Translations under genes and position numbers: made by a program
Assembly (NCBI GenBank): GCA_965112155.1
Contig: OZ218098.1
DNA: 64,000 nt
Source of the DNA: Podarcis liolepis
Taxonomy: Eukaryota
Strand: one strand, 5' to 3'
Shown here: positions 51,401 through 60,400 of the stretch, one piece after another
Numbering within the stretch: the stretch's first letter is position 1
Layout: the number at the start of each line of letters is the position of its first letter
Notes under the pieces: model-generated
What the model was told of the DNA's origin: nothing
Database searches by the model: none
What the model saw: the letters and a program-made list of their open reading frames with translations, nothing else

Positions 51401-54400
51401 GCCCACTTCATTGGTGGCACAAACTGTGTAGAGGCCGGCATCAGCCGCACGGGCACTCCTGACCAGCAGGGTGTGGCGTTCCCCCTCTGCTTTGATAGGG
51501 CGAGTGGTGCTGCTCCGAAAGGGGACGCCATCCTTTCGCCATGACACTGTGGGGAAGGGGCAAGTGGGTAGGAGATCAGAGCATGTGGGGACACTTCTGT
51601 ACATACAGCACCTCCCCCCATACATGGCACTTCCCACTTTATCCACTGACTGCTGGAACGGTGTCCTTTTCAGAGAGGAGGGGTGAGGAACCTTTTGCAA
51701 CCTGAGAGCCACATTCCCTTCTGAGCAACCTTCCAGAGGCCACATGGCAGTGGTGGGCAGGGCCACAGCCAAACAAATGCATCTCCCCCACTTTGTACAG
51801 TAGGCTAGTTTCTACACACGTTCACACTCCCCTCTCTGGCCTCCATCCAGATAAGAAGCATGATCAGAATTCAAGGACACATTTCAGCCAGGCAAAAACA
51901 CTTGAAGAGGGTATGCAGCAGGGCCACTGAGGGTAATGGCCTGGGATGGTGGTTATTTCCCCTGGGTTATTTCCCAGCCATAATACAGGACTACAGTTTG
52001 GCAGCACCACAGGTGTTGCTGCTGGAAAACTGCATCACAGTAAAAGTTATCAGCTTTTGAAATAGAACATTCTGGTGCAGGGGTAAGGGTTGAATTATTT
52101 GCATGAAAGCAGAGCTAGGCGAAGGGAGGGAAAGTCTAGCAGGATTGTTGCCTGCCTATCAAAGGATTGCAGCTAAAAATAAAATAGCATTGCCCTTTGT
52201 TTTTCTTTCAACAAAAGCAAAAAACCTGGTTAGGCCATCCGCCCTCCCCCCCCCCCCCTTCTAGTCAATTGCACCATTACTTGCCAGTCACATTACTTGG
52301 TACTATTGGGCAGCTGGAATTGCAACCATTTCTCTCCCCCAGCCTTGTGTTTTTCCTCCTAGTGTTGCCACCAGGACCACATGGCTCTGGACCATATTCA
52401 AAGCAGAATCCTTACTGATGTGAGCTAGCCAACATACACAAAAACAAATAAAACCAATTATCCCCAGAGATCTGTGGAAATGAAGACACCTGTGTGATCC
52501 AAGAGACAACAGCAAAGGTAGAGTAGATGGCCCCCCATCCATCTCCTGGCCCCTCTCACACTGACATGCACTGGGCACCCCACAGGTTTGCCTATGCATG
52601 CTCATCATCACTCATCCCACACTCTTCCTGGTACTCCATGCACTTGCCTTCTGGGGAAGGGTTGCCTGTGATGATGCATTTGAACAGCACTTCTGTTCCA
52701 GCTACGACTGTTACATCCTGGATAGGGATCTCAAAGATGGGGCGTTCCAGTGGGTCCTCACCCGCCGAGATGTAGGAATCATCAGAAGATTCTGTGCAGA
52801 GAGAGGGAGAAAGAGCAGCTGCAAAAGAGGTGGTGTGGAGGAGGGGAAAAGGTCCACAACTTGCATGGATATAAAACTTTGCACTGCCTTCTGGGAAGGA
52901 ATGTGTTTAAATCTTAAGCTCTCTTTTTCACATGCACTGGTTCTGTTATGCCCCGAGAGAGTGAGAGCCCTTTTATGTGCTGATGATTACAGTTTGCTCA
53001 AAATCCTTAATCTCCCCAAGTCTCTCTCTAGCACAGTGTGGATTCTTGATCTATTGCTACCTTGCTGAGTCCAAAGGATTAGAGCAGCCTCCTGAGTGGC
53101 ACAGTTCACTCTGCCTTGACGCAGATAGCCACCTTCACAGGTCTCTAAGAATAACTAAAGAGGATGAGCTTCATTTCACTTGTTTAGAGAGGGGGGAAAT
53201 TTAGAACCCTCATAAAACTACTGTTACAGCTCAATGCATTCAAAGCTGACACTAGTCATAAATGTGTCTAAATTTATGATCACTTATTGAGTCAGGCTAC
53301 CTGGGAAGGAAGTTGGAGGACTTATTTTTCTGTCAGTAATTTGGTAGACTCAAGCAGCCCCTTGGTATATACACTACTTCTGTGCATTCAAGATGTGTGC
53401 ATTTCTCAGCCTCACTTCCAGTCTGTAAAATGGGGATACTAAGGCCAGCCTACTTACCTTACAAGGCAGTAGCAAGAATGCATGAGGAATGTACCTAAAA
53501 GCTAAGCAAATGAACAAAACCTGCACTAAAGAGCACGTATTTCCATTCTTGACTCAGAAGCACTGAAAATCCTGTCACAAAACCTGTGTTAGCCATTAGG
53601 AGACTACAGTTCTCTGTAACATACACATAACCACAGTGAACTGTGAACTAATTAACTGTTGTACATGTTGCACCATGTCTTGTATCTGCCAGCTACTTGA
53701 AGGCCCTGATGAAGTTGCCACACTCACTCGGCCGCCTCAGAAACTGGATCTCAAGTTCATGCTCCTCTTTCCAACTTCCATTGATCAGAGGCTGTCCCTT
53801 TGTTTTATGGAAAGGAACAAAAATGACAGAGGGCCAAGGATAGTGAGGAGGGGGCTTATCCACACTTAGCTTTTGCCCCACTTTTTCCAGGCACAGACCT
53901 GAGCTTTAAAGCTCCATGTCCAGCCATTTGTTTGTATTTGCTGCAGAGCTTTCCCTGCAAAAACCTGCTCTTCCCCACACCCTATGCCAGGTGTGGAAAC
54001 CCTTTGGTCCTCCAGATGTTTCTGTACTACAATCCCCATCTTCCCCATGCTTGCCAGGGCTGATGGGAGTTGTAGTTCAGCAACATCTGGAGGTCCAAAG
54101 GATCCCCACACCTGCCCTATGCTAAGCTTATGCACCAATGACTCTTCCAGACAAGGCCTGGCTGAGATTACATCCCAGATGCTGATGACATGGGCAGAAA
54201 TGTGAGAAGCAGTCAGAACAGATAAGGGCAAGCCAAGACTGAGCACTTACCAACCCTCTCGAGGAGCTCATACAATCCCAGGCATGCATGATGCTCTGGC
54301 CTGAATCCTAAGGGTCTTGCCTACAGTGGAGGAAAGGACATTACAGGCCTCTCCATTTCTGTGGGAAGTTGGGTGGAGTTCTCCCCACAGCATACAGCAC

Positions 54401-57400
54401 AGCCTAGCTTGCCAGCTTCCTCCCCAAGGAGACAGCAGCACTTGCCCTGATTCCATACCTGATTCAGGCGACGTTCGCCGCGTCCGGCGCCCTTTGCCTC
54501 TGCTCCGAGTGCTCTTCCCTTCCTGAGGCTGCAATGCGTTGTCCTTTTTCTCTGCCACTTTCCCAGTCTTTCTTTCCAATTCTCTGTTTGCACCGTGGGT
54601 CCCTGCCCTGCTTCTATCTGCTCCTGGTTCCGTCTTGGCCCAGGGCAGGGAATGTCCGTTCTGGCCAGATTCCCGTTTCCGGGCATGCGAGGCTGCACTT
54701 GGACCCTTGGGCTCATGGCTCCCTTTCGCCGCGTTCACAGACCCTCCATCCATGCAGTCATTGCTCTCTGGATGCCCAGCCTGCAGGAGGTCTCTCCTTC
54801 CCAAGGGGGCAGCCAGAGTCAGCGGGCACTGCTCCACCTTCCTCCGCAGATCCTGCCCATTCAGCTCGCTTTCCTTCTGACCCCTGCTGGGCTCTGCCAC
54901 CTGCTCAGCTGTGGCCACACTCCTTGCCAGAGGCTTTTGCGTCCCCTTGGTCTCGTCCCTGGGCCCCACCAGGACCACGCTGGACAACACCAGCTGCTGC
55001 ACGCCGTGGGCATTCTCTGCCAGGGGCAAAGCCTTGAGGGGCTTGAGTTTCCGTGGTGGCGGGACCCTGGGAGCAGATGGCTCGGCGGAGGAACGTGGCG
55101 ACGGTGACCTGAAGAGCTCTTGCGACCGCCGCAGCTGCTGCTGAGACACGGTGCGCTTGATGCGGCCCAGCTCCTCCGTGAACTTGTGCTCCATGTCGTG
55201 CACGCGACTGGAGAAGCGGCCGCGCTCATCCAAGGAGGCCGCCTTCTGGTGGAAGGCCCGGCGCCGGAACGCCACGCCGCCCAGCTCGGAGCGGGTGTCC
55301 TCTTGCAGGTCCTCGTGGGAGACGGCCGAGAGGAAGGGGCTGGCATCGTCGAAGCCGGGCTGGTCAAAAGAGCGCGTCTTGCGTAGCGGCAGCCATGTGT
55401 GCCCCGCAAAAGGGTTCTCGTTCTGCTCCAGGCTTTTGCGCCGCTCCTCAAAGAACTTCAGCTTGTCAAAGATTTTGGAGCCCGTCCGCGGCAGCTTGGG
55501 CGATGGGCGGAGGACGGAGACGCGGCTGGAGGCCTCGCTCAGTGGCGTCTGGGGCCGGGACTCTCCTGTGCAAGCCTGAGAGTAGCCAGATGACTTGGGG
55601 CGCTTCAGCTTCTCGTCCTGTTCCTCGGATGCCGTATCTTGGAACTCAGGGGGCATCAGCAGCTTCCTGCGGGGAGCCACAGGTGGGGTGGGGCCACGGC
55701 CAGCCCCAGGCAGCTGGACGGGGCACTGCCCTGCTCTGGGGGACACTGGGCGCTGGAGAGGAGGCTTCTGTGCTGGTGGGTGGAGGGTATCTGTGCTGGT
55801 TTTGCTGCTGCTGTTGGCATCATCCCTCCGGTACCCACCATGGGGGAGGTTGCTGCAGTTGGAAGGCAAGACATGGCACAGTTTGCTAAGGCAGGACAGC
55901 CTGAAAAACTCAAAAGAAGGTGAGCGGCAAGGGAGCAGGTGCCTATGCTGATGTCTTATTGATGTTTTGAATGCTGATTTACGGAACTTTTGTTGATTTT
56001 ATCCTTATATTTGCTGATTTTATCCTTTTATTGATTTTATCCTCCTACTCCGTCTTGCTACGTTTTTATGAAAGTGTGGATTATACATTAATAAATAAAT
56101 AAATAAATAAATATGGAGAACCAGTACTCTTTTTCTAGAAAAATAGGTGCTGGTACTCACCATGAAGTTGTTACCGTAAGTGCCTCACAACAAAAGGGGT
56201 GTCGGTACTGCGTACCCTTGAGTACCCCCCCTGGTTAAACAAGCACGTGGCCAACTCCTCCTAATGGCAGACCTGGGGTTTAAATTACCCATGGAAGAGA
56301 GAGGTGAGGCAATGAGAAGGAGCAACAGTCGTGTACTTCTGTTCTTAGATGAAGATGTGTGTGCATGTGTACAGGGGAGGGTGTGTGTGTTTGTTTTTGC
56401 CTTCTCCAGCAGTGTGTGGCTTGGCTTACTATCTGAATCTCCTCAAGCTGTTTGCCCCACCTAGACCTTTCTACAGTGCCCCTGCTCTGTGCTGTGGCAT
56501 ACTGTGGTCTGGATTGCATTGCGATGGGTCTTGCCTCATAAAAATGTGGGAATTTTTTTAATGTTTGATGTCTTACTTGTGTTTTAATTTGTTGGAAGCT
56601 GCCCAGAGTGGCTGGGGGGCAACCCAGTCAGATGGGTGGCATATATATAAATAAATCATCATCATATTTGATTCCAAGACTGGCCAGATGGGTGAACTGG
56701 GATTCTCCGCCAAAAGTCCAGGGAAAATACCCACTCTCCCTGGCAAGATCCAACTCCTGGTCTTATCTGCTGAATGAGCCATGCCAGATGCTGCACTAGG
56801 GCAAAGGAAGAGATTGGGGGGAGTTCATCGGGCTGTGCATCAGTGGTAGATGAGTATAGGCTGGCCTGGCTTGAGGAAGCAGGGGAAGACAAGGGGAGGC
56901 CCTGGTGCAGCCAGAAATGCAACAGAAGGCAGAGGATAGGGGAATAGAGAGCTGCATCCTGTACACAGACATGCTGTTTCCCACAGGTACAAACACTAAT
57001 TCATGTGTACATACGAACAGATACATACTTGGCACACATACATTAATTCCAAGGCCAACTCAGTTCCTTACAACAAATGGGCATGCGTGTCCAGCTGCAT
57101 GCACACACGCACACAGTGAGAATTATGCAAGTGTATACTTAGTTAGGTACCATAGCCGGAGGATGATAAGCGTGAGGATAAAGTTGGGAAAGCAAACTCA
57201 GGAGGAAAGAAGAGGGAGATGAGGGAGTCTCAAGTGACCTAACGTAGCTCTGCACCCGCCCTCTCAAAGATCCTTACTACACTCACTGCCTCTGCAGTTA
57301 ACATGGAGTGTGCTGCCATTTTCACAGCATGACGGGTTTCAGCTTTCGCTTTTAAGAAAAACCGCTGGTATCCAGTTTCCCATTATTACAGGGGGGAAAT

Positions 57401-60400
57401 AATAAAAATGTGTGGGCAGTGCCTGCTAATGGCTCAGAAACTGAAATGGATCTATATATGGTATGAGGAAGAGATTTGGCACTCGACACGGCTTATCATC
57501 TCTCCCTGTTTGCCTCCCTGCATCGCTACATTTCTAGAATAAAAGGGGTTCTTAACGGGGGGTTTTAAAATGTGTGTGTGTTGAATTTATCAAAAGTCGC
57601 ATTAGTGTAGCCAAAAGCACCACTACCAAAGAGATAATCACATCACCATCATTACATCATTTGTTGGGTTCTTAATTACCATTCCCTTAAGCAACAGCAA
57701 CCAGTCTCTCTTTCACGTCATCCTTATGGATGAGGTTACTACCTACCTCTGATTGTGCTTCTGTATTCTATAGTTTCTCCAGATTTGCCTGCCTGAAGTT
57801 GTTTAATAATCATAGAATCATAGAGTTGGAAAGGATCCTGAGGGTCATCTAGTCCAACCCCCTGCAATGAAGGAATCCTGCCCCCAGCCATCCCTGGGAG
57901 GTCTTGAGCCCCCGATCTTCTGGTTAACAGTCAGATGCACTGACCTCAGGAATAGGTGAATATAAGAACATATGAAGACCCCAGCTGGGCCAGACCAATG
58001 GCCTATCTAGTCCAGCATTCTGTCTCCACAGTAGTCAGCTAGAGAGAAAAAATATTTGTATCCACTTACTCTACACCAGGCATAATTATATATTCCTGAA
58101 TGATGTGCTCCCTTTACTTTACTTTTCTAAACTAAAATCCCCAAATGCGGATGGTGGCATCGAAACCCTCCTATTTCTCCCCATTAATCTAGGCCTTGGT
58201 GGGAACAGTATAGGCCCCTGTCTATATAACAATCACAACCTCTTGTGACTGTCTCCACCTTTACCTACACCAAGCCAGCTATGGGGGTCTCGTCTCTGTG
58301 TGGGTGAAATCAAACATTCAGATGAAACGGCAATTTCCCATCCAATGGTCCTGTCTCGGTTTGGCTAATTTACATAAAGTGCAATCAAGCCTCAGTACAG
58401 CACTTTTATGTTCCACTAATCTCAAAAGGATTCGTTTTAAGCAGGTGCTTAATCTTCCCTTGAAGTAAATGGAACTCAGAAGTACTTAATATTAGCTCAG
58501 TTGCACTCATAAGTCATAAATTTGGATTTGGGTTATCCAGGATTCGGAGGGCTTAAATTACTCGCTTGGTCATGGCAATTTCTTCACTAGTCCATACCAG
58601 GACTGGTATTCCTTTTGAAATGAAAGGTGATATAGGCATTATTTTACTATCAATTTAAATAATATTGCCATGCGTCAGAAGAGTGAGTGCAGCTCACTGT
58701 GCTTGGGTTCTTGTTTTAAGTGCCGCAATTGATGCCCCAATTAAATGGGCATCTCTCAGAGTTTGGTGTTGGAGGGCCTATTACTGATGCCATTGGCTTT
58801 ATGTGAAACAGGGTCAGCTCCAGGCCAAAGGAAGACAGCAAACCCCGGGGAGGGGAGGAGCTATGGAGACTCTGCTCTCTGTGCTCATTAGGGAGTGGGA
58901 AGCCTGGGCAAGCAGCGGATACCTACCTATGCAGCCCATTGTCCTCATAGCAACATTTTAGGAGTGCGAAGGCAGGAGGCGATGGGGAGGGGGAAGATAC
59001 TGCAGCAGAGGAAGCAGTAGGAGAGACAATGGCAGGATAGTGTGGGTGGCTTCAGAGGGTATAGAGAGTGCAGCGGGGGCTGTGGATGGAGGGTGCCATG
59101 ACATCAGGGATCGGGACAGTGATGATGGGGCTCGGGAAAGTTTCGGTGGTGCCTCGGAATCAATGACTTAAGAGGTTGAGGGTTCAGCGAGGGATTATGA
59201 CTGGAGAGTAGGGGGGAAGAGATGGTCCCAGCATAATGGCCCTTGCACCCCACTCCACGGCCCCACGGCTACTTACACGTGCAAGGAGAGGGCACGGCCC
59301 CGGTACAGGCTGAAGGCACTGCCGTAGGGGTCGCTCCCCAGAGACAGGCTGTCCTCGGACCCCGGGGCCACACCAATCAGCTCCGCCCGTGATGCCCGCA
59401 CCAGCGGCTCCACCCCCAGGTGCCGGGCCTCGGCAGGTGCTTGCCTTGGAATGCTGGGGTGCAGGTAGGGTCCCCTCACCGTGGGGCCAGCCTCTGGGTC
59501 CTTCTCCAACACCGTGGTCTGGCTCCCTGACCAGTTGGAGTGCTCATCTGTCTGGGACAGGCCTGGCACTGAGGTCGGCGTGGTCTTCATGGAGGCATCC
59601 ACCAGCGTGTCCGACTCCCCTGCAAGGAAAGACAGACATGGACTGATCGAGGGGCCTGGGAAGCCCTCCATCTCCCTTGCATCAGATTGGGGCCTGGTAA
59701 CCCGAGATTCTATTGATATTGTTTAATTTAGGAGGCTGTAAAGTATCAGTTTCTTGGAGCATGCAGTGCCACTGCATATATCATGGGTTAGCGTCAGGCC
59801 GTGTTCTTGAGGGCTAAGAATAAGCATTTTTCTCTCAGCTGGAAAGGACAAAGAAGAGGGGCGAAGAAGGAAAAGAAGACAAGGCCAGGTTGGTCACTTA
59901 ATAACTCAGCCACCAAGATGATGCGGCCAGAGTGAAGGGAAACACAATTATGCAACACATAAGGTCAGGCATTTGCAGTGAAGGAAGGAGAGACGAACAA
60001 TTTCTTATTGCAATGATATAAATGAATATTCATGTAGCTCTTTTAACATGCACAGTGCATTGCAATGATTGACTTGTTTATCCTGCTTTGCAAGGTAGAT
60101 CATTGTTCCCCCAACTTTTTAGAGACTAGCTTACCCAAGACTACCTACTGAAGGAAGAGCAGCGATGGAAGGCCAGAACTACAGTGCTCTGTGCCAGGCA
60201 CTGAAGACAAGTTCACTGGGTATAAAGTTGCTCAAACTGAAAATGGGAGCTTATGCCTTGTGTTGTTGTTCCCAGAACCACCCAAAAAGAGGCACCGGGA
60301 TGATCAAAACAATGGGAAACCTCTTTTGTGACAGAAAACTGGGACCTGTTTCTTTGTTCAGTAAAAAGAATGTGAGAGAATAGGACTGCAATTTTTTAAA

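Noticed and set aside
54534-55951. Multiple overlapping ORFs on exon ~4
   Set aside because: Same GC-rich shadow effect; no independent gene structure.
57281-57322. Minus-strand ATG in strong context ([11 protein letters not shown]) followed by a GTGAGT donor, a possible alternative first exon
   Set aside because: Phase 0 end is incompatible with exon ~4 (needs phase 2) and exon ~5 (needs phase 1); no other support.
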